Source: Bugula neritina
Taxonomy: Eukaryota > Animalia > Bryozoa
Direction of reading: 5' to 3'
NCBI GenBank assembly: GCA_964035545.1
Contig: OZ037769.1
Coordinates: 17,452,633-17,516,632 of the forward strand
DNA length: 64,000 nucleotides
The notes beneath the pieces were generated by a model, which ran no database searches, was not told the DNA's origin, and worked only from the letters and a program-made list of their open reading frames with translations. This document shows, in pieces, positions 38,401 through 47,939 of this stretch (within the stretch, counting starts at the first letter, position 1; each line of letters begins with the position of its first letter). The translations under genes and the position numbers were made by a program.

Positions 38401-41400
38401 AAGTCCTCAGTGGGTTACACTGGAAGACCCTCCTCATCTATCTGGACGATGTCATTGTCATCTCCCCAGACTTCTCGACTCATGTCAGTCGTCTGCGGGA
38501 GGTCTTTGACCGTCTCCGGGCAGCTGGACTGAAGCTGAAGCCCTCCAAGTGTGCACTCCTGCAGCCAGAAGTCAGGTACCTGGGCCATGTGGTTGGCCGT
38601 GATGGGGTCGCTACCGATCCAGAGAAGGTACAAGCTGTGAAGGAGTGGACTGTCCCCCGTGACCTCCCTGAGTTGCGTGCCTTCCTGGGCCTAGTAGGGT
38701 ACTACCAGCAGTACATACCTGGGTTCGCAGGAGTGGCTCAGCCGTTAAATCGGCTGACCGCAAAGGGAGTCCGGTGGCAGTGAACACAGGAGGAACAGCA
38801 GGCATTCGACCACCTCAAGCAACGGCTAATGGAAGCGCCAATCCTGGCGTATCCTGATTCAGCCAAGGAGTACATCCTGGACACCGACGCCAGCGACCAC
38901 AGCGTGGGAGCCGTCCTGTCTCAAGTCCAGAGTGGAAGTGAGGTGGTCGTGGCTTACTACAGCAAGACTCTCGCGGCCGCCGAGAAGAACTACTGCACCA
39001 CTAGGAAGCAACTCTTAGCAGTGGTCAAGGCGGTCAAGCACTTTCGGCCATATCTGTATGGGAAATCGTTCCGTCTGCGAACAGACCATGCATCACTGAT
39101 ATGGCTGTGTAAGCGTGCAAAGCCCTCGAGCCAGGTGGCTCGTTGGCTAGAGATTCTTGCCGAGTTCTCTTACCGGATAGAGCACCGTGCAGGCCGGAAG
39201 CATGGGAACGCCGACGGCATGAGCCGCCGGCCGGTAGAGGACTGTAAGTAATGCCTGCACATTGAACAGCGGGACGGGGGACCCGCTCGCCTTGACGTGG
39301 AAGCAGAGCTAGTGAAGGGCACCGCCTACCAGTGGGAGCACGGCCATCTTCGGACCGAAACCCACCAGGACGGTGTCCAGGCACTCCACGCCAACCCTAC
39401 TCTGCACCAGAATGTCAAGGAGCTGTGCCGACTCCAGGAGACGCTACCCGGCGCGGTAGCGGACATCTTCCGGGCCAAGAAGGAGGGCCGACGACCTAGC
39501 GAGGAACAGCAGCGGCAGGGAGACGTTGAGTTCCAACTCTTCTGTCGTCGCTGGGATGCCCTCAAGGTCAGTCCTGATGGCCTCCTGATGATAACGTTAG
39601 CAGCAGACAACCGCCGGCAGGAGAGGGACCGCGTCGTCTGTCCACGCGCCCTCCGGCGGGAACTGATCTGGGACACCCATAAGCAGGCTCATGCTGGAGT
39701 CAGTCGGGTCATCAGGTGTCTGTGGCTGCGTTGGTATTGGCCCGGAATGACTCGGGACGTACGACTGCGGGTACGGCAATGCGAGGTCTGCCAAGCTAGC
39801 AAGCATGGCCGCCCCACGGAAACCACTGGTCGACGCCGGCTGTACGCTGGTCGACCGTGGCAAGTAGTGGCGGTAGACCTCGTCGGGCCTATGCCGTTAT
39901 CCGCCAGAGGGAACACCTGGATACTGATGCTCACGGACCACTTTACCCGGTGGGCGGATGCTCTGGCTATTCCAGACGCAACCGCCCCCACGGTGGCCCG
40001 GACCCTGGACCAACATGTGTTCTGTTACCTCGGTTTGCCCGAGCAGATACATACGGACCACGGCGCCCAGTTCCAGTCCCAGCTCATGGGAGACCTCTGC
40101 CGGATATGGGAGGTGAACCAGAGTCGGACCACCCCATATCACTTGCAAGGGAACGGAGTCATTGAGCGGAACAACAGGATGTTGGGTGACGCGCTCCGGA
40201 GCCTGCTCCTTGGTCGAGGTCAAGAAGAATGGGACGTGGTGCTGCCGCAGATCATGCGGGCTTACCGCAGCACACCACACTCTGCCACGCAGGAGACCCC
40301 AAACTTCCTGATGCTAGGCCGAAAGACGCGGGTCCCGGAACACCTGACGTACCATGTTCCCGCCCCCGAGTCACCGGTACCCGAATATGTGGAGGGTCTG
40401 ATGGACATCATGGGCAAAGCTCATGATGCGCTGCGTACCCAGCAGTGGCAGACCCGCACAGAGGACTCGGAGGAGCCCCCGTTGTACCAGGTGGGAGACT
40501 GGGTCTGGATGGTGAGCTACCGTAGGCGACGCGGACAGTCGGCTAAGCTTCAGCCCAAGTTTGTCGGTCCCTACTGCGTAGTGGAGGTGCTGCCCAACCA
40601 CACGTACCGTGTGGAGCGCTCTGGACAGATCTCCGTCTAGAGCGAGCAGCGCCTCAAACCTTACCATGCCAGCCCAGACGCGGTGGGTCAGGCTCCACCC
40701 CTCCTGGAGCCCCACCGTCAGCCCAACCGTCGAGGACGGGCCACCCAGCCCCGAGAGGTGGAAATAATGGTCCCCAGGGAAACGGACCAGGAGCAGGCCG
40801 CCTTGGTAGAGCAGCTAGAGCGGCAGCAGAGAGCGGAGCGGGAGCAGGAACAGCGGCAAGCCCTTGGACCACCACCCTTCCTGGGGGAGGACACCCCCAC
40901 CCCCGTACGGGGTGAAGACGGGGACCCCCCTACTAGGGCAGCCCAGGAGCCACCAACACCACCAGTGCCTGTTCCACTTGAGAGGAGCCAGCGGTCAAGA
41001 AGACCCCCCAGGTATCTGGCAGACTATGCTGTAGGGCACCTGGAGTGGCCCCCTCCTGAGGACGACTCCCCCCGCACCGACTGCCACCCCATCTTGGTTG
41101 GAAATTCCCTCCATCACCCCGGGGAATTCCACCAAGAAGAAGAAATGGCCGACCAAATTTCGGAAGACACTCGATTACGCGAGTTGTCTTTTCGAAATCC
41201 GGGGGAAATTCCCACGAGCCACGCGACTCGGGCTTCAGCAGGTAATACTTCTGAAGCACGAGGTTCGGCCATTTCTTATTCTGATTTCACACAGCTCGCA
41301 CGGCAATTACAGCTCAAGTTAAATTCTGATTTTAATACTAAGTTTGATTTTAATACTGTTCTCCAGACGCTATCAGCAGCTATGGGAATTACTTTACCAG

Positions 41401-44400
41401 ACACGCAATCAGGTATTTCTTCTAGATTAGATCCTCCAGTTACGGAGTCTAGTCAAACTAGAGTAGACTGGTCTTTATTAGACTTACTTGGTTCTGATTT
41501 CTTAGAACCGGAGGCCGAGATGGATCTTGGAGATGACTCTGCCATTGATACTTTGTTAAATCACGACGTAGGCTCAGTCAATTTCTGCGATACACCTCGG
41601 CCCTCGGTTTTTAATTTAACTCCATACACACCTGTGCCGAATTTCGGCGATAGTGAGACCGGCTTATCACAGCCTCTACTATCTGTTCTAGAGGAGCGTA
41701 TGGACATTGAGGAGGCCAGTCAGTCAGCCTCCCCTCTCCCACCAGCCCTTGCTTCGGCTTCTAATAGCCAGCAGGCCGCCACCTCCTCCACAGAGGTGTG
41801 TTCCGCCATCGTTAGTGGCCCTGGCCCCAAACCGGTCGAGCTTCAGCTCACGGCCGGGGAGGAGCAGGGCATCCTACACGGCGACCACCTGCCAGCAGAA
41901 GAAGATAACTCCCCAATACTGGCCCTGCCTCGGGCCCTGGTTGCCCGCCAGTATTGGGTGACTGGACCCACCAATCTTGAGATTGGTGAAGCTTGCGGTG
42001 AGCCGGGCAACCGCATCTGCCATGAGTGCAAGAGAAAATTCTCCTCTGCACGGCGGTTGCGTGTACACGCCCCACAGCACTACATCAACGTGTTTTGCCC
42101 GTGTGGGGAATTCTCCTACCAGAGAGACTATGTGTTGAGACATCAACGCATAGCTCACTGCCACACGGGCTACACGTTTGCTGTAGACCAGGCCTCCTTT
42201 CCCGAGTTTCGGGACCTGGTGCTGCCACACGTGGCGGATTCTCATAAACGGGCTGCTCTCGCCCTGGGATTCCCCGCGTGTAGGCCTGTTCGGGAGGAAG
42301 AAGGGGAGCCCGCCGCGACACCCCAACCGGCAGCCACCCAGCCACTTCGAGTCATGCTGGCACAGGTCGGACCAGGCGCCAGGACCGATTCATCGGACCT
42401 GGGCCCCCGGCCCTCGGCGGCGGGGGAGAAGCAGACACACCGCCAGCGACGTCCTACCCATGGTACCACCGACCGCCCCAGACACCAGACGTCGGCCCAG
42501 TTGGCGGAGGAGGTACAACATCTACGCCGGCAGCTCCGCAGGTATGAGGAGGAGCTGGGGCAACTCAGGAGACGTGTAAGCCGCCTAGAGCGGGGCCGAT
42601 CTGGAGACCGCCGCTGAGACTATTTGTATAGTATTTTCCTTTCCTGTTCTTATTTCTTTGTTTTTTTTGTGTGTGTGTGTAAATTCTTTCATGTAATGTA
42701 TGTACCTATTCACGCTCTGTCTTTTTTGTGCGTGCACAACTTTCCCTGTTTTTTTTCTTTTATTATTGTATTATTAATATCACGGCATGGCTACCGTACT
42801 TGTTTTTTTTTTGTGTTACCTATTAACTGTGTGTTTTATTGTCGTGTCATTCCCTGTTGTGTGTTTGTTGTTGTGTACGCCTCTTTATCGGAAAGCATGC
42901 TTTCCGGTGGGGGGTGTGTGTGGTAAATTTATGTTGTGTGTGTGTGTGTCCTTTGTTGCCGAGATCGGCACTTCGGTCCTCCGAAACACCGATATGCCGA
43001 TTCTCGGCATATCAGAATACCGAAGTGCTGAAATGCCGGATTCGGCATTTCGGATTCCCGAAGTGCCGATATTCGGCATATCGGGCCTCCGATCTCAGCA
43101 AACAAAGGAATGTTATTGTCCTGCATGTATATAAAAGCCAGCGAGTTCCAGTATAGTGCAGTCTACTACTGGAGCTCGCTGGATAAAGACTATTGATTCA
43201 CTCGGACTACAATAAAGCTATCTTACCTTTTACCTTATTTCTCGCCTTTTTTCTCATGACAAGCATGTAAAGCACTAGTTTCATTCACAACCCACAAAAC
43301 TATCACAATAGTCATTTAAATTCAATTTAAATTCTCCCATTTTTTTTTGCTTTCTGCTGCATAAAATTGAGTTTTCTTAATCATTGTGCATCTGAAAAAG
43401 TGGCTATCATAATTATTTAATACTTTGCTTAGTAATTATCAACAAGTTATCATTTTTATTAGCAGACAACATTGTAGCGAGCAGTCTTTTTCTACTTCTC
43501 AGATCGATCTGGCGTCTTTCCATGGTCTTATATTGACATAAGAGCGATCTGAGTTCGAGCTCCACAGACCGACCAGCTCAGAACGACGGAGATCGATCTT
43601 TGGCGTCTTTCCATGGATCGATCTCACCGAGATCGATCTGAGATCGGTACATGGAAAGCCGGTGATTATGAAAATAAACTTTTTCATTCACTTCATGGAA
43701 ATAGTTGCATTGAAGAAAAACCTCATTTGAAGGGTTTCTTAGGAGGAAAATTCTATTTGCATTATGCAGCACGTGCTGGCTTGGAAATGGGTCTTTCAAT
43801 TAAATCGAATGAAACCTTTTGTGACGGAGGCAGAGATAGGCTATTGTGGCGGTTAGGTACATAGTTACGCTATGTAAACAATTCAATTATAAATCATAAC
43901 CTACGCTAAAGTGCAGTCCATCCCATCACAATTTAAATCATTCTATTTATCTTAGCTGATATTATTAAAACAACTACTAATCATCCTAAATTTATAAAAC
44001 TTTTCTGTAAGCAAAGGCATTCCTAAGCTAAAAATAAATTGGTAGATATTTTCACTTTGAAAATTTAAATTACTCTTAAGCTTTAGTTTACTGAATGCAA
44101 AATACTCTATGCTTTCATTGGTTTATGCTTTTTTAATTTTAAATAAACTGACTCAAAGTTTGCGTATTGAATTAACTTAATCTATCGAAAACGAAAACAG
44201 AAGTGGTAATTAAAAAAATTGTCATTGGCACCCGAAACAATTAGAAACACTCAGCCAATCACTTCTCAGACAAGAACAAATGAAGCAGGTTTTTCTACTA
44301 AACTTATAAACCTGTTTTGTTCCAGTAGAGCAACAGTATAATATGAACTATATAATACCATATACTTGTGGCTTAATGAGCCACCAACACTCTGCTTCTT

Positions 44401-44959
44401 CTGTAGAATGAAACATTAGCGTTGATTCTCTGTGCGAAAGCTTATTGCGCAAATTGACATGTATTTCTCCTACACACTGACCTTTTTTCCCTCTTCTGGT
44501 TCAACAATAAAAGGTTTGCTCCACACAGATATTCCTCTGGTTACAGCTGTTCTACTACTTCCCCAGGGGAAACCTTTAGTTTTTGTTGTTGAGTGTTCCC
44601 AATTATCATCATTACCATTCTGTATAACCAGGTATATTATATTACACACAGTGTATATTGTACAATATATTGAATATATAATACAGCATATTATACTGTA
44701 TAATCAACTGCATTTTTACTATGCAATACTGTATAATTATTGACAGAGAATAACTCACCAGCTCCAAGTAAGTTAAATAATTGATGTACAGATTGAGAAG
44801 GAAAGACTTTCCACTTCTAGCAACTCCAACCATAGAGACAATGACCAGAGGCAAGTTACCAACTTTCTCAAGAACTTTGTGTAGTTCCTTCTCTTTTATT
44901 TGAGGTTGACCAGACTCAAAGGTTACAATCTCCACAACCCTTATGTTTCCTGAATCCAT
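22699..44959 (-). CDS. Atlastin/GBP/RNF112-family (GB1/RHD3) large GTPase with coiled coil and C-terminal hydrophobic anchor; 10 exons, ~625 aa
   Basis: Minus-strand exons 44959-44759, 44619-44482, 34360-34205, 33758-33725 (34-nt microexon inferred from phase), 27271-27111, 27023-26879, 26493-26372, 24042-23914, 23596-23457, 23350-22699. Motifs: IVSMVGVARSGKSFLLN (P-loop), GFPWG..VTRGISVWSKPF (G2), ILIMDCEG (G3), FRSLIFVTRNY (G4 region), FNLPHPG, YEDEDLP; K/E-rich coiled coil; Gly/Ala/Val-rich C-terminus. Confidence 0.88.
24085..26340. repeat. 22-bp AT-rich minisatellite (actaaatatataatatacatat) in GTPase intron 7
   Basis: ~100 tandem units; a shorter homologous array lies at 60985-61962. 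Confidence 0.95.
28155..28507 (+). repeat. 5' LTR of element 1
   Basis: Direct repeat of 33161-33513; TG...CA ends; AATAAA inside. Confidence 0.95.
28509..28526 (+). promoter_or_regulatory. Primer-binding site, probably tRNA-Leu
   Basis: TGGTGGCAGCAGTGGGAT begins 1 nt after the LTR; complementary to a tRNA 3' end ..AUCCCAC(U/C)GCUGCCACCA as in Leu tRNAs. Confidence 0.75.
28543..29493 (+). CDS. gag: Gag of element 1
   Basis: ATG 28543 after the PBS; APTFTGEEAVEQFIQEF capsid-like start; CCHC knuckle CWGCGRPGHFQRNC; homologous to gag of element 2. Confidence 0.9.
   Translation: MAEDGTELPIPLNEGERDNVDIPVEPVVLDEEVRIPREHGEDRYRLKAPTFTGEEAVEQFIQEFQDVMEIAQWPPRVALLKLRMALTDKAKPYGAGPDIDGIFASLRARFGISPIDARARLQRMRRDPHTSLQEHAATVYPLAQIAFRDLPPVHRERYTYDAFMQSINDLGLHHQFQARGVTTVEDALAVGEAYLMATHMHRNRVASRQVTTEHTTAHAEPNAEPSAVANVNQMSLASKVAQMTDMLDKLVATLAPPSQVDTAREPCGPQVHSPGMGHNFCWGCGRPGHFQRNCPQLPQGLNYHGPQMFPPPAGRL
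29442..31784 (+). CDS. pol: Internally deleted Pol of element 1 (-1 frame): aspartic protease and integrase HHCC domain only
   Basis: FLLDSGCT...ILGMPFL protease; HEETHGG..WYWPNM..CKVC; co-linear with element 2 but jumps from the eroded start of RT to the post-RNase H linker (NVRELPKLQESLPG) and lacks the DDE core. Confidence 0.85.
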   Translation, partial: VKLPRPADVPTSCGPSVNHPGRPARLSPYWAPRGDAVKWRPPRQVGSSHSLPGSSTPLQHQHGAGRRLTSEPARETVQAPQGVPPQPRQLVNSRRQPWTPRPTAREVQPRHTQLQPHGSSYFLPGKLAGKPANFLLDSGCTTNLLSRQFFDTLSAKVKDGLAPYEGDHGTLADGSCIPFYGIIELTGYVRNQAIQETFIVGQLNEDAILGMPFLQRHGCRIDFSKSAMIMGDKELACVDKFGRPLAGAVQVVRSCTIPGHSRATVRCKVDGGQTSKLGVVESTHSRVQLAHSFSRLTGQGENSVQCVNPSSETVDLPPRSMLGRFHPVQEEAIGPSSGATTEGPQQSPSQGRRTVPTHASHPPGTRGCTGNRKRQAMARLPHGYSEAFRHTDHDARLNRAGCREVPRAAKTAPAQPLQQRADTPPEAAQSLRAKPVWAGNVRELPKLQESLPGVVADVYRAKQEGRRPSSKRRQGCAELRLYCQRWSSLRVGPDGLLTMTLAANSRQPARKRAVCPVAIRRKLIQDTHEETHGGVQGVVTKLQLRWYWPNMERDIWHRVRRCKVCQTNKHSRLPGEAGRQTHCARRSRQAETVILAGNTSMTHQEDLARRERPLPSLKVRPPPPTSSLPSPPLPEPETGPEVQKPPVGGAPQGDTNVGTNVTNRLEKPPVRHNSPQVSTPPPTVTTPPGPHTRQLPACLRDCVRDRGISGSNESLEKPRMGKQAKSRGSCEHHGNLNFCLGGISHQIHPLEVKSPSHVSQPRCPVFSYVDAVKSRRATKQ
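32099..32865 (+). CDS. ORF3 of element 1: C2H2-like zinc fingers + C-terminal coiled coil, probably expressed by splicing
   Basis: CQVC-x12-HVDAH, then CPCG..H...C; heptad Leu tail LANVEERLVRLQAEF..LYQLKDSVGRLKRRL; acceptor ctactctttcag| at 32098; homologous to 41692-42617. Confidence 0.8.
33161..33513 (+). repeat. 3' LTR of element 1, preceded by G-rich PPT (33150-33160)
   Basis: Direct repeat of the 5' LTR; ggggggggcgg immediately upstream. Confidence 0.95.
33855..33924 (-). mobile_element. Possible tRNA-derived SINE head
   Basis: Minus strand reads tcagccaggggttagag..gtgggttcaaacccg (A-box-like, B-box GGTTCAAACC); no clean cloverleaf. Confidence 0.4.
35762..36654 (+). pseudogene. gag: Gag of element 2 (N-terminus lost, fused to LTR fragment)
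   Basis: DRYRLQPPTFGGDGDVEQFIKEF; CCHC knuckle CWECGMPGHVRRHC; PBS and native start absent. Confidence 0.85.
36630..40900 (+). pseudogene. pol: Pol of element 2 (protease, RT, RNase H, integrase) with five in-frame stops
   Basis: One reading frame: LLDTGC; WSSPVVLV..RFCVDYRRLN; YLDD (38439-38450); LDTDAS; HKQAHAG..CEVC; VAVDLVG/IHTDHG/VIERNN; KFVGPY. Stops at 37536, 38340, 38781, 39249, 40638. 3' boundary approximate because the frame runs on into ORF3. Confidence 0.93.
41692..42617 (+). CDS. ORF3 of element 2: C2H2-like zinc fingers + coiled coil
   Basis: CHECKRKFSSARRLRVHAPQH, CPCG..HQRIAHC, tail LAEEVQHLRRQLRRYEEELGQLRRRVSRLE; acceptor ctatctgttctag| at 41691, ATG at 41700; same frame as pol. 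Confidence 0.78.
42919..43307 (+). repeat. 3' LTR of element 2 (389 bp)
   Basis: TGTGGTA...TATCACA termini; G-rich PPT upstream; TATATAAAA at 43128, AATAAA at 43211; first ~90 bp match 35661-35750. Confidence 0.85.
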
Positions 44960-46157
44960 CTGATGAAAACAATTTCATAAAATTTATAAAAGACAAAATA
45001 ACTTAAAACTCTGACCGTATCATTTTATCATGGTGCTTCATATCCTTGTGGTAATGATTTTTAATTAACTTGGTTTTGGTCCTGCTGGAAGATATCTATG
45101 TAAAAAATATTCTCTGTTTTAGTTATGCAATCCACCATAAGCAAATTTTTATGTAGGTAGTAAAAATTTATAGTGATGTGTTATTTATCTCCATAAACAA
45201 CATCAAAATCTAGTTCAACTTGATGTTTTAATTTGAATTCTTTATATTGCTATATACAGATATTTTCAATATAAAAAGAAAATTAGATCAGCGAGGTAAA
45301 TTTTCTATAGAATATATATAGAAGATAGTTATAGTAGAAGATACATATGTATAATTCTTCAATCACAATATTAAGAAGGCTATTTATAGCTACTAGTCCT
45401 TGCTCTTAGAGAGTTTTAAACCTAAGTTAATTTGAAAGGTGGAGATTTGCATGCTGAAAAACCATTGTTTTATAACAACTTATTCGAGCAAATGTCTTGA
45501 GAATTAATTTGGAATTTCTTATTGCTTGCTGATGACTTTTCATTTGGCTCTCAAATCCGCGACACTATAAAACCAATCGTAATCATTGCTTGCTATTCTT
45601 TATAGCTGCTGCAACACACTGCTTCATCACTAAACTGATACTTACGAGTTATGTGAATTAAAAGAAATAAAACTTACTTTCAATTTCAAATCCTTGCTCT
45701 AAAAGCTGTTCTTGTATTCAGAGAGTGATGTATGCAGATCAGAATCTATAGTAACTATTAGAAAGTTACTCTCAGTTAGAAAGTGAATAAGTGAGGCCCC
45801 TTATAGTCTACCTTGTGATGGTGGGCGTGTACTTAGTAGAGCAGAGTTTCTATTGGTTGATATGGTTGCTATGATAATGTAAAACAGTATGGGGGTTGGG
45901 GGTAGAATCAGAGCAATAGCACACTGTATTTATTTGTTGTAGAGTAGTTGATATGTGTTCTTTTACAGAAAACAAGATAATAATCCCAATCAACATGATA
46001 GAAAGTTATGTTAACACTTACATTTCAAAATGCCAGCGTGGAATTACATAAAGACATACATGTCTGATTACATTTAACAAATGTGAGATGAATGCTGCTA
46101 GACAATTAGGTATCAAGAAGAGCTTTGCTTAAACTCCCTCTGCATGGTGCAAGCAGT

Positions 46158-46450
46158 GACACCCCCTCTGTATATACTAGACTGACACCTCCTCAGTATA
46201 TACTAGACTGACAACCCTTCAGTATATACTAGACTGACACCCCTTCAGTATATACTCAACTGACACCCCCTCAGTATATACTAGACTGACACCCCTTCAG
46301 CATATACTAGACTGACACCCCCTCAGTATATACTAGACTGACACCCCCTCAGCATATACTAGACTGACACCCCCTCAGCATATACTAGACTGACACCCCC
46401 TCAGCATATACTAGACTGACACCCCCTCAGTATATACTAGACTGGCACCT
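46158..46450. repeat. 26-bp minisatellite (tcagtatatactagactgacaccccc), ~11 copies
   Basis: Tandem repeats. Confidence 0.9.
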
Positions 46451-47939
46451 CTGATATAGTCTTAGTACCAAGCATTCACTCAGGAGTTGTAGTGGAATAC
46501 AGCCTGAAATGAGCTGATCACTAAGTTACGTAGTGAGCTAGTAAGCTAGGACAGATTTCTCAAAGTAACCAAATAGTAGGATTTATAACAAAACTCATAT
46601 ATCGTTCTATATTCTAGAAGAACTGCCTATACTATCATAGTGCAAGGTATTGTAACTTGTTTTGCATTTTACTGAGGTTATAGTAACCTCAATAAGCTGT
46701 GAGAGATATCTTTAAGGCTAAATATATATCTGCTCTGAACCTTTTCTAAATATTGGGTAGATAAGTTGATAAGGAGTTAAGAAAATCAAGAGCCTTGATT
46801 GTTTAGGTGTATTAATTCATATTTTACTAGTTTTGGGCAAAAAACCATGTTCATTAGCAGCTAAATTGTAAAAAATAGCTAGAAACTGGAGATTTCCGGT
46901 GTGTACTAAATTAACTAAAAGGACCCATTTGTATTGGGAAGTTCAACTCTTTCAAAAATTACGCATAGAATCAGCAAATACTTGGCAGTGTGTTTACTAT
47001 TCATGCACAGTATGAAAATAGCTCATTTAACAAAATCTAATAAGTTGATTTGTTTTGAAGTCAATATACTTAGTCATTAGTGAGTACAGATAGTAACCAA
47101 AGAGAACTGTTTGATACAGTTGTATCAGGGTTTGAGGTTTGTGGTTGGCATGTAGCATATCTAGGCCAGGCAGAACAATAAAACAAGCAAAAGTATAAGA
47201 GGTTTAACATTTTAAACAATTCTGCATCCAAAATATGTCCAGATCTTAATGCCAAGAAAGCACATTAAGACCCCTGAACTTTATTCTTAGAAAATGTCAA
47301 ATGTAGGTTATATTTCTTGTCAATTTTCATATAGAGTGCCAAAAGATCTACAAGCCATCACAAATAACTGAATATATAAAATCCATACACTGTAATAGAA
47401 CAATAAATAATGCAATATGCCTTAGTGACAAAGTTAAGCTTATTGTAGCAAAGAGTTTATAGAAAGAGGGTTTACATGACAAGGTATGCTAAGTGAATAC
47501 AGACAGTAAGCATGGTTAAATTGAATCAGAGGAGAAGGCTGAATGATGAAAGTTGACTGTATACAAGGGGTGGGTGGGAACACACTTCAAGACAACCAGC
47601 CGGTAATAACTAGGACCTGGTAATAGGCATTTATCTCAACTTAAGTGGGTGAGACAGTAAGATATCAATAAGTAAGAGACACATTGATGTCTACGTACCA
47701 TCATCTATTAGGTTAGCATCTTCTATGAGACTAGAGAGCAATACATGGTCATCTGTCTCGTCATCACTAATATCTTTATACTCATCAACCTTTATTGAAA
47801 ATAATCAAAGTGTAAATATTTGTAGTGAACGTATAAACTAGATAAGAGAGGGTTATCAGAGAAGGTATCAGAGAGGGTATCAGAGGTGAGTGTAAAGGAT
47901 AGTCTGTAACATTTGACAAACAGATAATATTATAGATAT

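Larger units (their letters stand above)
35642..43307 (+). mobile_element. Ty3/gypsy LTR retrotransposon 2, defective, with rearranged 5' end
   Basis: gag-PR-RT-RH-IN order; PPT + 3' LTR 42919-43307; only a ~100-bp LTR fragment (35661-35761) at the 5' end. Confidence 0.93.
35205..43665. mobile_element. MITE-like DNA element (~0.75 kb) split by LTR element 2
   Basis: ~45-50-bp inverted repeats: ggctttccatgtaccgatctcagatcgat.. (from 35210) vs ..atcgatctgagatcggtacatggaaagcc (to 43660); subterminal GATCGATC motifs; TSD not intact. Confidence 0.75.

Noticed and set aside
35625-42469. Many short antisense and alternate-frame ORFs within element 2
   Set aside because: Expected in GC-rich coding DNA; no motifs and no counterparts evident in element 1.
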